A stretch of DNA of 64,000 bases from an uncultured Ignavibacteriales bacterium (lineage in GTDB: Bacteria; Zixibacteria; MSB-5A5; GN15; FEB-12): positions 62,001 through 126,000 of the forward strand of contig CAYXJN010000008.1 of the NCBI GenBank assembly GCA_964464605.1, in the 5' to 3' direction. The position numbers and the translations under genes were made by a program. Positions 39,600 through 50,320 of the stretch are shown one piece after another. Position 1 is the stretch's first letter. Every line of letters begins with the position of its first letter. A model generated the notes under the pieces. That model did not search any database. It was not told where the DNA came from and saw nothing but the letters and a program-made list of their open reading frames with translations.

Positions 39600-40343
39600 A
39601 TGAGAGTAGTCCAAATCACGGCGCTTGCAGTTGCCTTGCTCGCAGTAGCACTGTTTAGCAATAGCTGCGACAAAGAAAAAATTGTCCAATCGACAGAGAA
39701 AGTAACGGAGTACATCCAGCTTCCGCCTGATACCGTTACGGTAACTGTCACGGTCACTGAGAAAGATACTGTGTTCCTGACGGATTCAATATTCGTCGGT
39801 GAAACCGATACGGTGCGGATTCATGATACTATCCGCACAACCGTTACCGTGCATGACACGGTTATAACGGTTCAACATCATTACGACACTACTGTCGTAT
39901 TGGATACGGTTGTTCAAGTTCAGGTGGTCAACCATTACGATACGACTGTCGTTATTGATACCGTTCTGCGCACTCAGTGTAATCCAAGCGCTATCACTGC
40001 TATCGGCGCGATGGCTTCCAAAACAGACCCGATGGTAATCGATTTTATTAACGAAGAGTTCGGTTTTGACGACGGATGGGTGCTGTATTTATCGCCTGAG
40101 ATGATGGAAGTTATTCAGGTGTCGACGAACGTGTATGACATATACGGCTATATCGACTACTGGACACCGGACTGGTCAGGCTTCTATCCATTCGAAATGG
40201 GCTGGCGTTTGACCTATGTCAGCGGTGATCCGGCGAATCCAGCAAGTTGGCAAATGGTTGAACCGCCGGCAGGTACCTCGTCCCACCGGAGCGGTTTGCA
40301 GCGAGTTGACCGCGCAGTACCGATTCAGCAGATTCAACGCTAA
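39600..40343 (+). CDS. Lipoprotein with Asp-Thr-Val beta-rich repeat region
   Basis: Lipobox-like FSNS-C after a hydrophobic stretch; repeated (H)DTV/DTT units. Start reset to ATG 39600. Confidence 0.75.
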   Translation: MRVVQITALAVALLAVALFSNSCDKEKIVQSTEKVTEYIQLPPDTVTVTVTVTEKDTVFLTDSIFVGETDTVRIHDTIRTTVTVHDTVITVQHHYDTTVVLDTVVQVQVVNHYDTTVVIDTVLRTQCNPSAITAIGAMASKTDPMVIDFINEEFGFDDGWVLYLSPEMMEVIQVSTNVYDIYGYIDYWTPDWSGFYPFEMGWRLTYVSGDPANPASWQMVEPPAGTSSHRSGLQRVDRAVPIQQIQR

Positions 40344-40362
40344 AAACAACTATAGAAAAAAT

Positions 40363-40400
40363 AAAACGCGGAGTGGTAATCCACTCCGCGTTTTTTATTT
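40363..40400. terminator. Bidirectional intrinsic terminator
   Basis: AAAACGCGGAGTGG-taat-CCACTCCGCGTTTT with A/T tracts on both sides, between convergent genes. Confidence 0.88.
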
Positions 40401-40416
40401 GTGCGACATGATTATT

Positions 40417-40854
40417 TCAACGTGAACGGGAAAAGAGCGCATCTACTGAATATCGGCCCGGTCCGATCATCATGATGGTAATGAGTGGAGCAAGAAACAT
40501 GAGCGGAAGCTCTTTTTTCGCCCAGGGATCATCAATGTGAATAACCGTAATGACTACAACCATAGTAAACATAATCGGAATGATAACGGCTCGGGTAAAC
40601 AGTCTGAGCATAAGCGCAATCGAGCAAAACAGTTCAGCAAATATGGCAAGGGCCAATGAGGCTGCGCTGCCGACTCCAAGCGGATCAGAAAATGTGGCTG
40701 ATCGTTCTGCGTAGTTCATAAACTTTCCCCACCCATGGCTGAACGCCATCATGCCGCCAACCCATACTCGCAGAAGGAGCATGGCAAATGAGACAGTGGC
40801 GTCTGTGCGGGGGATTCTGCTTTTGCTTAAAAACCAATTAAGAATGCTCGACAT
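40417..40854 (-). CDS. DoxX family membrane protein
   Basis: LLLRV..G.M..HGWGK, FSDPLGVG, AE, GPGRYSVD. Confidence 0.9.
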   Translation of the reverse strand: MSSILNWFLSKSRIPRTDATVSFAMLLLRVWVGGMMAFSHGWGKFMNYAERSATFSDPLGVGSAASLALAIFAELFCSIALMLRLFTRAVIIPIMFTMVVVITVIHIDDPWAKKELPLMFLAPLITIMMIGPGRYSVDALFSRSR

Positions 40855-40942
40855 GGAAATTCTCCTGAGTTGTTACCTATCACAGCTTTACTACTGCTAT
40901 ATACAATTCAGTTGGTAATTGGACGATAACAAACGCAAAAAA

Positions 40943-42355
40943 TCAGGCGACAGAAGCATGTTCCGGCTGGGTGAGTTTGGACATAATTTCCGTAACGACT
41001 TGTTTGGCGTCACCGAAAAGCATATGGGTATTCTCTTTGAAAAAAAGCGGATTATCGACTCCGGCATAGCCGCTGGCCATACTCCGTTTCATTACCACCA
41101 CAGCCTGCGCTTTCCATACTTCCAAAACCGGCATTCCGGCGATAGGGCTGTTCGGGTCTTCAAGCGCATCGGGATTGACCGTGTCATTCGCGCCGATGAC
41201 TAACACGACATCGGTGTCGGGGAAATCTTCGTTGATTTCATCCATCTCTAAAACAATATCGTATGGCACATTTGCTTCGGCTAATAGCACATTCATGTGA
41301 CCGGGCATTCTTCCGGCTACCGGATGGATACCGAATCGTACCGTAATTCCCCGTTCACGAAGATTTTCCGTAATATTCGATACCACATGCTGTGCCTGCG
41401 CGACCGCCATGCCGTAACCGGGTACGATAATCACGCTTTTTGCTGTCAGCAAAAGCTGGGCGGTTTCTTCTGAGGTGATCTTAGTAACTGTTCCGGCCGG
41501 TTGTCCTGCTTTTGCGCTTGCAGTTGCCGTGCCTGCGCCGAATCCGCCGAGGATGACGCTGAAGAATGAGCGATTCATTGCTTTGCACATGATATAACTC
41601 AAAATCGCACCGCTGCTGCCGACCAACGCGCCGGTGATAATCAGCAAATTGTTGGAAAGCATAAACCCGGCCGAGGCCGCCGCCCATCCGGAATAACTGT
41701 TCAGCATCGATACGACAACCGGCATATCACCGCCACCGATCGCCATTACCATGTGAACGCCCAAAAGCAGCGCGATGATGGTCATAATAATCAATGGCTG
41801 GAACCCTGATTCATGTTGAACAAAATCAACACAGAACCAAACACAGGCAGCGATAGCGATGATATTCAGCAGATGACGACCCGGCAGTAAAAACGGTTTG
41901 CTGCCGATAACACCGCGCAGTTTTCCGAAGGCGATAACAGAACCGGTAAATGTTAGAGCGCCGATAAAGACACCGATAAAGATTTCGATTTCATGAATTG
42001 TTTTTTCAGCACCGATTCGTGTTCCGTCTGAATGAGCGAAATCGGCGAAGCCGACTAAAATAGCAGCGAGACCGACGAAACTGTGCAGGATAGCAACCAG
42101 TTCGGGCATCGAGGTCATTGCAACTCGCGCCGCAACCACCGCACCGATAATAGTAGCCGGAACAATAATTGATAGTAATGTACCATAGGCTGTTACATGC
42201 GAACTGAATGCCGTCGCGCCCAGGGCGATAAACATGCCGATGATGCCGAGTTTGTTTCCGCGACGAGCGGTTTCCTGACGGGACAACCCGCTCAGGCTCA
42301 GAATGAACAGTGCGCTAGCGGCGATATAGGCGACGGTTATGATATTATCGTACAT
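40943..42355 (-). CDS. pntB: NAD(P) transhydrogenase subunit beta
   Basis: [48 protein letters not shown]. Confidence 0.97.
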   Translation of the reverse strand: MYDNIITVAYIAASALFILSLSGLSRQETARRGNKLGIIGMFIALGATAFSSHVTAYGTLLSIIVPATIIGAVVAARVAMTSMPELVAILHSFVGLAAILVGFADFAHSDGTRIGAEKTIHEIEIFIGVFIGALTFTGSVIAFGKLRGVIGSKPFLLPGRHLLNIIAIAACVWFCVDFVQHESGFQPLIIMTIIALLLGVHMVMAIGGGDMPVVVSMLNSYSGWAAASAGFMLSNNLLIITGALVGSSGAILSYIMCKAMNRSFFSVILGGFGAGTATASAKAGQPAGTVTKITSEETAQLLLTAKSVIIVPGYGMAVAQAQHVVSNITENLRERGITVRFGIHPVAGRMPGHMNVLLAEANVPYDIVLEMDEINEDFPDTDVVLVIGANDTVNPDALEDPNSPIAGMPVLEVWKAQAVVVMKRSMASGYAGVDNPLFFKENTHMLFGDAKQVVTEIMSKLTQPEHASVA

Positions 42356-42362
42356 CGCTTAC

Positions 42363-43964
42363 TCACTTCCGGAACATCTTCAGCATACGTTGAGTAACTA
42401 AAAATCCGCCGGAGATATTGATCGTGCCGACAAAAATAGCGATCGCACCGAGAATTGTGGTTAAGGAGTCTAGCGGACCGGATATTTGCAGCATACCGCC
42501 GACGATAATGATCCCGCTTATCGCATTCGTTACGCTCATGAGCGGTGTGTGAAGCGCGGGGGTAACATTCCAGATAACCTGCCAGCCGACAAAACAGGCT
42601 AAGACAAAGACAGTAAGATGTGACAGAAATGAATCCGGAGCGGTCAGTCCAAGTCCTAAAAGAAGCATGCCGCTGACAATCAACAGCAACATCGCGCCGA
42701 TGCGTTTGAGTAAAGTCGGCTCTTTCTTGACAGATGTAACAATCGGTGCTACTGAGGCAACATTCGATGTCGGCGCTGCTGCTGGTCGTGCCGGAGGAGG
42801 CCAGGTGACTTGGCCGTCATGCGTTACCAATGTTCCGCGCACGACTTCATTATTGAGATCAATCGTAAATTGTTCCTGTTCACCCATCTCTTTTATCAGA
42901 TGGCAGAGGTTATTGCCGTATAGCTGCGAGGCCTGATTCGCCATCCGGCTCGGCAGATCGGTTAATCCGACAATCGTTACACCGTTATGTTTATATACTT
43001 GTCCGGGTTTAGTCAGTTCACAGTTACCACCTTGCTCAGAGGCAAGATCGACAATAACCGAACCATCTTTCATGCTCTCGACCATTACTTTGGTGATAAG
43101 TTTCGGAGCAGGTTTTCCGGGGATAAGCGCGGTGGTGATGATAACATCTACCTCTTTTGCCTGCTGGGCAAACAGCGCCATTTCCGCTTCGATAAACTCT
43201 TTGCTCATCTCTTTGGCATAACCACCAACACCGCTGCCATCTTCTTTGAGATGAACTTCCAAGAATGATGCGCCCAAACTTTCGACTTGTTCTTTGACTG
43301 CCGGGCGGGTATCGAATGCGCGAACAATTGCGCCAAGTCCGCGTGCAGCGGCGATAGCCGCCAATCCTGCAACACCAGCACCGATAATCAGCACCTGCGC
43401 GGGAGCAACTTTTCCGGCGGCGGTGATTTGTCCATTGAAGAAACGTCCGAAATTGTTGGCAGCTTCGATTACGGCGCGGTATCCGGAGATATTGGACATG
43501 GAGCTTAAAGCATCCAGTTTTTGCGCACGGCTTATTCGTGGGACGGCATCCATCGCAAGGGTGCTGATTCCCCGTTTAGCCAATTCCTGAACAAGCGAAG
43601 AATTCTGCCCCGGCCAAATGAAACTGATTAGGATGGTGCCCGATTTTATCTGGGCAATTTCTGATTGTTCCGGCGGACGGACCTTGAGAATAATATCGCT
43701 GCTGCCTAAAATTTCCTGACTCGACAACCCGGTTTTGCAGCCGACTTTGCTAAATGCGCTGTCGGGGATATTCGCTTTTGCTCCGGCGTTCGCTTCGCAG
43801 CGGACTTCGAAACCGAGTTTGATAAGTTTCGCGGCGACATCGGGCGTGACTGCAACGCGGGATTCTCCGGCAAACGATTCAGCCGGTATGCCGATAGTGC
43901 GCGGGGTTATAGCGGACGTTTTGTTTTCTGTATTCACCGGTTCATTGATCGTCGACTGTGGCAA
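42363..43964 (-). CDS. pntA: NAD(P) transhydrogenase subunit alpha (TTG start)
   Basis: [44 protein letters not shown] before TTG. Confidence 0.97.
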   Translation of the reverse strand: MPQSTINEPVNTENKTSAITPRTIGIPAESFAGESRVAVTPDVAAKLIKLGFEVRCEANAGAKANIPDSAFSKVGCKTGLSSQEILGSSDIILKVRPPEQSEIAQIKSGTILISFIWPGQNSSLVQELAKRGISTLAMDAVPRISRAQKLDALSSMSNISGYRAVIEAANNFGRFFNGQITAAGKVAPAQVLIIGAGVAGLAAIAAARGLGAIVRAFDTRPAVKEQVESLGASFLEVHLKEDGSGVGGYAKEMSKEFIEAEMALFAQQAKEVDVIITTALIPGKPAPKLITKVMVESMKDGSVIVDLASEQGGNCELTKPGQVYKHNGVTIVGLTDLPSRMANQASQLYGNNLCHLIKEMGEQEQFTIDLNNEVVRGTLVTHDGQVTWPPPARPAAAPTSNVASVAPIVTSVKKEPTLLKRIGAMLLLIVSGMLLLGLGLTAPDSFLSHLTVFVLACFVGWQVIWNVTPALHTPLMSVTNAISGIIIVGGMLQISGPLDSLTTILGAIAIFVGTINISGGFLVTQRMLKMFRK

Positions 43965-44202
43965 ACGCTCTCCTTTGGCAGGTCAGGAAATATCCACATT
44001 ATATATCGGCGTTCTCGCTTTCTTTTCAAGAGCAGGAAAATTGCGCTTTTGCGTACTGTTTTTCTGACGCAAAGTAATGTCGGACAAGGCAGAACGCAAC
44101 GGCTGGATAGGCGAAATTCTGAGTGAAAACCGGGCAACATTTTGCCTACCTTAACCGTACTTAGTGTAGATTAATCGCCGCCGGAAAATAAGAGGTTATC
44201 GC

Positions 44203-45546
44203 ATGTGTAGAGGTAAAATGCTTAAAACAGCTGTATTGCTGTCTTTATTTGCAGCCGGGGTATACGCGCAAAGTCCGACCGGGTCGCAAGGGGGAGAGAA
44301 TCGCACAATCAGTAAACAAGATCGCACAGCTATTGTAGACTCCGTTGGTGCTCTTTTGGAACGGATGTATGTATTCCCCGACAAAGCAAAAGCGACATCA
44401 AAAACGCTTCGCCAAAATCTGAAATCCGGCCAGTATGATTCGCTAACCACCATCGGTGCATTTTCTGAGCGTTTAACTACTGATTTGCGGGCGGCGACTC
44501 ATGACGGACACTTGTGGGTTGAACCGGCCGATCAACCGCCCGTGGGTGCAGATGAATCACTTACTCCGGAAGAATCACGCCGTCAGCGGTTTGAATACGG
44601 TAAATCCGTGAATTTCGGAATCAGGAAAGCTGAGATTTTGCAGGGGAATATCGGCCTGCTTGATTTGGAAGGATTTTTTCAGGCGGATGTTGCCGCGCCG
44701 ACTGCTATTGCGGCGATGAATTTTCTGGCGAATACACGTGCATTGATTGTCGATCTCAGGCAAAACGGCGGTGGGGATCCGTCGATGATTCAGCTCATCA
44801 GCAGTTACTTTTTTGACAGCAGCGTTCATCTGAATAGTTTTTACAGCCGACTCACCGATAGTATTACCCAGTTCTGGACGCAAAGCCAGGTGCAGGGACC
44901 GCGCATGTCTACCACGCCGATCTATGTGTTAACCAGCGGCAATTCTTTTTCCGCGGCCGAGGAGTTCGCAAATAATTTAAAACATCTGCATCGCGCGCAT
45001 CTGGTAGGGGAAACGACCGGCGGCGGCGCGCATCCGAATGAGCTTATTCATTTTCCGTCACTCAAAATCAATGTCTCCGTTGCGTGGGGAAGAGCGATTA
45101 ATCCGATTACCGGAACGAATTGGGAAGGAACCGGAGTTGAGCCGGATGTAAAAGTCCCGGCCGACAAAGCGCTCGCTGTTGCACAGCTGATGATTTTAGA
45201 CAGCATTGTTGCCCATGAACCGGATAGTCTGAATCGTTTACAAATGAACTGGTGGCGTTCGGCACTGCAGTACGATACGCTCGGATTTACGGTCGCTCCC
45301 GATAAACTTGCGGATTATTCCGGCAAATACGGCCCGCGCAAAATTTGGGTGGAAGATGGTGCGCTCTGGTATCAGCGTGAAAACGGCGCGAAAGCAAAGT
45401 TACTTCCGTTAGAGGCTGATCTGTTTCAACATTCCAATAGTCAGTACTTCCGTGTAAAATTCCGCCGGGATGCGAATGGCAAGGTGATTGAATTAATAGG
45501 TATCTACGCGCAAGGGCATCAGGACGTGAATCCGAAAGAAGGGTGA
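44203..45546 (+). CDS. Secreted S41 family peptidase (IRBP-like)
   Basis: DGHL, DLRQNGGG, SFSAAEEF, GETTGGGAHP, NWEGTGVEPD. Confidence 0.9.
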   Translation: MCRGKMLKTAVLLSLFAAGVYAQSPTGSQGGENRTISKQDRTAIVDSVGALLERMYVFPDKAKATSKTLRQNLKSGQYDSLTTIGAFSERLTTDLRAATHDGHLWVEPADQPPVGADESLTPEESRRQRFEYGKSVNFGIRKAEILQGNIGLLDLEGFFQADVAAPTAIAAMNFLANTRALIVDLRQNGGGDPSMIQLISSYFFDSSVHLNSFYSRLTDSITQFWTQSQVQGPRMSTTPIYVLTSGNSFSAAEEFANNLKHLHRAHLVGETTGGGAHPNELIHFPSLKINVSVAWGRAINPITGTNWEGTGVEPDVKVPADKALAVAQLMILDSIVAHEPDSLNRLQMNWWRSALQYDTLGFTVAPDKLADYSGKYGPRKIWVEDGALWYQRENGAKAKLLPLEADLFQHSNSQYFRVKFRRDANGKVIELIGIYAQGHQDVNPKEG

Positions 45547-45562
45547 GAGAAAAAAGCTACCG

Positions 45563-46513
45563 CTACCTATCACCGTTCTTTTTTACAAAATCAACGTAGA
45601 TTTGAAACAGATATCTTTCTGTGTCAGTCCCCTTTTGTAAGTATTGCTGAATTTCCGATTGAAATGCGTTTATGAACAGGGTGCCATTTCCGGGGTCGCT
45701 TAGGGCATCCAACTTTTGATCGTTGAGTCGATTATTCCCTTGTGAGAAGTAAACAGGTCGGTAGATGGAACTATCGGTATCCCAGACATAGTCAACCGAA
45801 TCTTTATCGTCAACCAGTATCATTGATGCATGTGATCCCCATAATGTGTCTAACTCATAAGAAGAGCCAACTATTAATTGATAGGTGTAATGCACTCGTA
45901 TCGCATCCACGCTGTCACTGATAAAATTGAAATACGCTTTCATGCTCTGGTTAAGTTCAGCAAAATGTCCATGTAACTGCTCTGCTGTAATAATCACAGC
46001 GCATTCGTATACTTTACCGTTGATTAGCTTGTAGAACTCATATCCTTCCGTCATAAAGCCTGAGCCCCAGCTATATATCATCCTGATATAAAAAACTTTA
46101 TTTGGTCCGACATTGTTTGCTATATAGACCTCTGATTCGTCGACGTGAGTCCGAACAGGAGTCGTAAAAAGAAGGTTCCACGTTTCGTTGATTTGTTTAA
46201 GGACGCAAAGGGTCGTCCTTCCCTTATACCATCCGAAAGATACCAAGACTTCCGGTGTTGTGTCAGCATCAAGATCAGCTTCTCGATGTTTTAATGAGAT
46301 GTAGTGATCTTGTTCCGGTTCTTCGTCCTCTGGAACAATACCAAATGTTTCGTAGCAAGCTTTAATCAAGGCATGCTTGTTACTCGCTGTATCCGAATGT
46401 ATGATATTTTCAACGAACTCTGTTGGGATGAACAAACGTTCTTGTGATTGCACATTGCTTAGCAAAATGAAGAGTGTAGTTAATGCGTTCAAGGTGAGAA
46501 GTTTAAACGTCAT
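45563..46513 (-). CDS. Secreted hypothetical protein
   Basis: 316-aa ORF with signal peptide; DLDADTTPE Ca-binding-like loop; starts 1 nt after the MATE stop. Confidence 0.65.
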   Translation of the reverse strand: MTFKLLTLNALTTLFILLSNVQSQERLFIPTEFVENIIHSDTASNKHALIKACYETFGIVPEDEEPEQDHYISLKHREADLDADTTPEVLVSFGWYKGRTTLCVLKQINETWNLLFTTPVRTHVDESEVYIANNVGPNKVFYIRMIYSWGSGFMTEGYEFYKLINGKVYECAVIITAEQLHGHFAELNQSMKAYFNFISDSVDAIRVHYTYQLIVGSSYELDTLWGSHASMILVDDKDSVDYVWDTDSSIYRPVYFSQGNNRLNDQKLDALSDPGNGTLFINAFQSEIQQYLQKGTDTERYLFQIYVDFVKKNGDR

Positions 46514-46514
46514 A

Positions 46515-47945
46515 CTACACCTTCTGCTCTTTCCATTTTCCTTTGCGGAAGAGATAAATAGCTACCAAACCGGCGACTGATTCGGCAACAACAAGTGACC
46601 AGTACACCCCGCTTTCACCCCATCCGAGTTTGAGTGCCAACAGATACGCCAGCGGAATTTCCAACACCCAGAAGCAGAAGAAGTTGATTTTCGTCGGTGT
46701 AATCGTGTCACCTGCTCCGTTGAAGGCAGAGATCATTACCAATTCCCATGCGTAAATCAGGTATCCGTATGACACTGTCCGCAAACAGGCTGCGCCTGCT
46801 ACAATTACCGCAGGTTCCGAGGTAAAGATTTTTACCAGCGCTTCGTTGAAAAAAACATAAATGAGGGAAACAAGAGCCATAAATGCCATGGTCACATAGC
46901 CGGTAATCCATACTGATTTTTCTGCCCGTTCCGGCTGTTTCGCGCCCAAGTTTTGCCCTACCAATGTAGCGGCGGCATTCGAAAGTCCCCAGGCGGGAAG
47001 GAACGTGAAAACGAAAATTCGCACCGCTATCGTATACCCGGCTACCGCTTCGCTCCCGAATTCGGACATGATACGGACCAGCCCGATCCATGAAGAGGTG
47101 GCGATAATAAATTGCCCTATCCCGCCCAATGAGGTTTTAATCAAGTTCCAGAGAATTTCGGATCGCAATTTTAATTGGGAATATGCCAGGCGGATATGTT
47201 TAGCACCGTGAAAGAGCACCCAGAGCTGCATCAGCACACCGGTTCCACGGCCGATATTGGTAGCCACAGCTGCGCCCTCAACACCGAGTTGCGGGAATGG
47301 CCCCCATCCGAAAATCAGCGCCGGATCAAGAACGATATTGATACTGTTGGAAACAATCAGTACGCGCATGGCTATTGCGGCATCACCCGCGCCACGGAAA
47401 ATAGCGTTAATGATGAATATGAGCATGATAACTGCATTGCCGCCGAGCATCCAGACGGTGTATCGGTACCCGTGCGTAAGCGCCCATTCATCTGCACCCA
47501 TCAGCATGAGTATATCCTTCGCGAAGAACAGGCCGGCAATTGCAATCGGGATCGACGTCAATAACCCGATAATGACTGCCTGTCCGGCAACATCACCGGC
47601 CGCTTTCCGGTTCTTTTCGCCGATTCGTCTGGCGACTAAGGCCGTCGTCCCCATTGAAAGCCCGATAGCCACTGCGTATACCAGCGTCAGAATCGATTCG
47701 GTCAGTCCAACCGTTGCGACTGCGGAATGACCAAGCGATGAAACGAAGTAGACATCGACAACGGCAAACAGCGATTCCATCCCCATTTCGAGCATCATCG
47801 GGACGGACAAAAGAAAAATCGCCCGGCCGATACTACCCTGCGTGTAGTCCATTTCTGTCCCGCGAAGGGCATCGCTCAGGTTTCGAAAAAGGTTCCGGAT
47901 ACCTGAGGGGGATTTTGGTTGATCGATAGTTGGCGTGGTTGACAT
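46515..47945 (-). CDS. MATE family efflux transporter
   Basis: PMMLEM..ES.FAVVD, FRGAGD, NIVLDP.LIFG, GVEGAAVAT, ATLVGQNLGA. Start reset to ATG 47945. Confidence 0.93.
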   Translation of the reverse strand: MSTTPTIDQPKSPSGIRNLFRNLSDALRGTEMDYTQGSIGRAIFLLSVPMMLEMGMESLFAVVDVYFVSSLGHSAVATVGLTESILTLVYAVAIGLSMGTTALVARRIGEKNRKAAGDVAGQAVIIGLLTSIPIAIAGLFFAKDILMLMGADEWALTHGYRYTVWMLGGNAVIMLIFIINAIFRGAGDAAIAMRVLIVSNSINIVLDPALIFGWGPFPQLGVEGAAVATNIGRGTGVLMQLWVLFHGAKHIRLAYSQLKLRSEILWNLIKTSLGGIGQFIIATSSWIGLVRIMSEFGSEAVAGYTIAVRIFVFTFLPAWGLSNAAATLVGQNLGAKQPERAEKSVWITGYVTMAFMALVSLIYVFFNEALVKIFTSEPAVIVAGAACLRTVSYGYLIYAWELVMISAFNGAGDTITPTKINFFCFWVLEIPLAYLLALKLGWGESGVYWSLVVAESVAGLVAIYLFRKGKWKEQKV

Positions 47946-48026
47946 ACTGTTGTGCTTACGCACGAGAAAGTATATGATACCCGGACAAATGAAACAAGTC
48001 GCCCGATTTCACATATACACAGCTGT

Positions 48027-48725
48027 ATGACCACGCCGCTTTTCAGCACCAAATCCCTCTCCCGGTTTTATGTTCGCGGTCCGCAGACTATCCGGGCGGT
48101 CGATGAAGTCAATTTAGGAATCGAGCGCGGCGCATTCGTGGCGATTGTCGGTTCTTCCGGTTCCGGCAAATCGACGCTTTTGAATCTGCTTTCTTCTTTA
48201 GATACGCCGACTTCAGGAACAATCAATTTCGAAGGCAGCCCATTGTCCTCTTTGTCGCGCCGGGAGGCCTCTGCGTATCGAGCGCAAAAGGTCGGGATGG
48301 TGTTTCAGTCGTTTAATCTGCTTCATCATAGAACGGCGCTTGAAAATGTCGAGTTTGGTTTACAATTCAATAATACGCCGTACCATAAACGTCGAGCGAT
48401 AGCAACTGAAATGCTTGAACGGCTTGGATTGCAAGATCGGTTAACGCACCGCCCGTCCGATCTCTCCGGCGGTGAACAGCAGCGGGTTGCTCTGGCGCGG
48501 GCATTGGCGAAGCGGCCTACAGTGCTCTTTGCTGATGAGCCAACCGGCAGTTTGGATGAAGAAAATTCCAGTCAGATCATTAATCTTTTTTCGCAGCTCA
48601 ATAAAGATGGTTTAACGATTATTATCGTTACGCATAATCTGAGTTTGGCGACTAATCACGCGCAATCAGTTATCCAGATGCGGTATGGCCGGATCGTCAA
48701 TCATGCGGAAGCGGGGAAGGAATAA
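48027..48725 (+). CDS. LolD/MacB-type ABC ATP-binding protein
   Basis: GSSGSGKST, LSGGEQQRVALARAL, ADEPTG. Start reset to ATG 48027. Confidence 0.92.
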   Translation: MTTPLFSTKSLSRFYVRGPQTIRAVDEVNLGIERGAFVAIVGSSGSGKSTLLNLLSSLDTPTSGTINFEGSPLSSLSRREASAYRAQKVGMVFQSFNLLHHRTALENVEFGLQFNNTPYHKRRAIATEMLERLGLQDRLTHRPSDLSGGEQQRVALARALAKRPTVLFADEPTGSLDEENSSQIINLFSQLNKDGLTIIIVTHNLSLATNHAQSVIQMRYGRIVNHAEAGKE

Positions 48726-48727
48726 CC

Positions 48728-50320
48728 ATGACATTCCGTGACCTTGCAACAACATCGGTAGGCAATCTGAAACGGATGCGACTTCGTACATCGTTAACCG
48801 TCGCCGGAGTAGTCATTGCTGTTGGCGCATTTGTGGCGATGCTTTCTTTCGGTTCCGGTAATAAACAATACGTGCAGGAGCAGTTTGAAAGTTTCGGACT
48901 TTTAAATACGATGCAGGCTTTCCCTGTGCGTCAGGAAAAGGCCGCGGATTCCGCAAAACCGCGCTCTATTGATGCCAAAGCGATTGAACGGATGTCCCGC
49001 CTGCCCGGGGTGCGGTTAGTGTTTCCGTATGATGCCTTTTCTGCGACTGCGCATTGTGGAGATTCGGTGGCGATTATACAGATGCGGGCATTACCGATCA
49101 GCGTTTTGCAAACAAAATGGTTCAATCATATAGATGCCGGTTCTGCTTATGAAAATGATACCGCCAAAGAAGTGCTTGTTTCATATGATTTTCTTGACCA
49201 AATGGGCATCAAGAGTCCTGATTCGGCTATTGGGAAAACGGTTATAGTCGCCGTTAAGAAATCAGTTATCGATAGCGGCCTCGCGCAGCTTTTCCCGCCG
49301 GATAGCGCGCATCTTCGGAAACTATGGCAGGAACTCAGATTCGATTCATTGCTTGATACCGCGTATATTAAGGGGCTTATCCGCCAGGAGATGAATGATA
49401 AAAATGGATTGGGGCGCAAGTTTCCTCCTGATCCCGCGTATCTTCGCAAGCGATGGGATGAACTGAAATTAGATTCCTTATATGATAAAGTGTATGCATC
49501 CCGGCTCGTTCAGGGGGAAATGAAATACGGCATGGCGAAGTTCATGGATGGGCTGATTAACCACCGCGCAACTATCAGTGATACGCTGGTCATTTGCGGC
49601 GTAGTGGCAGGGGATGGGCCGAGCCGACGCTCAGGTACTGAGTTAATGGTGCCGGAAGTCCGTGCGCGAAAATTTACGGGTGGTATTCCGATCGATGATC
49701 CGACAGCGCTTATGTCGATGATTACTTCGGGCAATATCTTAGCGCAAGAAGGAGATCCAAACGCCAAATCTTACTCGCGTGTGACACTTGATATCGAACC
49801 GGCTGCCAGCCACAAAGTGATTAAAGATTCACTGGAAGCAATGGGATTCCGCAGTTTTAGCTTTGCCGAAGAGTTTGAAGAAATAAAGCGGGTCTTTTTG
49901 TATTTTCATCTCGGCTTGGCGGTGTTCGGGCTTATCGCACTCGTGACGGCAGCATTGGGAATTATCAATACGCTGGTGATGTCGGTGATGGAGCGCAGAA
50001 AAGAAATCGGGGTGATGAAATCGATAGGGGCCGATGAGCGGGATATTCGCAATCTTTTCCTGACAGAATCCGGTCTTATCGGTTTTGCTGGTTCGGCGCT
50101 CGGTTTGTTGCTGGGTTGGACGGTAAGCCGGATAGCATCCTACATAGCTCAAACTATCATGGCAAACGAAGGTATACCGCCGGTGGAACTGTTCCGGCTT
50201 CCGATCTGGCTTATCCTTGTTGCTTTAGCGCTCGGAACATTGGTCAGTGTGCTGGCGGGGTTGTATCCGGCCAGACGCGCCGCCAGAGTTGATCCGGTGG
50301 AAGCACTGCGCTCGGAGTAG
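48728..50320 (+). CDS. MacB/FtsX-type ABC permease with periplasmic insertion
   Basis: RTSLTVAGVVIAV, GIINTLVMSVMERRKEIGVMKSIGA, YPARRAARVDPVEALR. Confidence 0.92.
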   Translation: MTFRDLATTSVGNLKRMRLRTSLTVAGVVIAVGAFVAMLSFGSGNKQYVQEQFESFGLLNTMQAFPVRQEKAADSAKPRSIDAKAIERMSRLPGVRLVFPYDAFSATAHCGDSVAIIQMRALPISVLQTKWFNHIDAGSAYENDTAKEVLVSYDFLDQMGIKSPDSAIGKTVIVAVKKSVIDSGLAQLFPPDSAHLRKLWQELRFDSLLDTAYIKGLIRQEMNDKNGLGRKFPPDPAYLRKRWDELKLDSLYDKVYASRLVQGEMKYGMAKFMDGLINHRATISDTLVICGVVAGDGPSRRSGTELMVPEVRARKFTGGIPIDDPTALMSMITSGNILAQEGDPNAKSYSRVTLDIEPAASHKVIKDSLEAMGFRSFSFAEEFEEIKRVFLYFHLGLAVFGLIALVTAALGIINTLVMSVMERRKEIGVMKSIGADERDIRNLFLTESGLIGFAGSALGLLLGWTVSRIASYIAQTIMANEGIPPVELFRLPIWLILVALALGTLVSVLAGLYPARRAARVDPVEALRSE

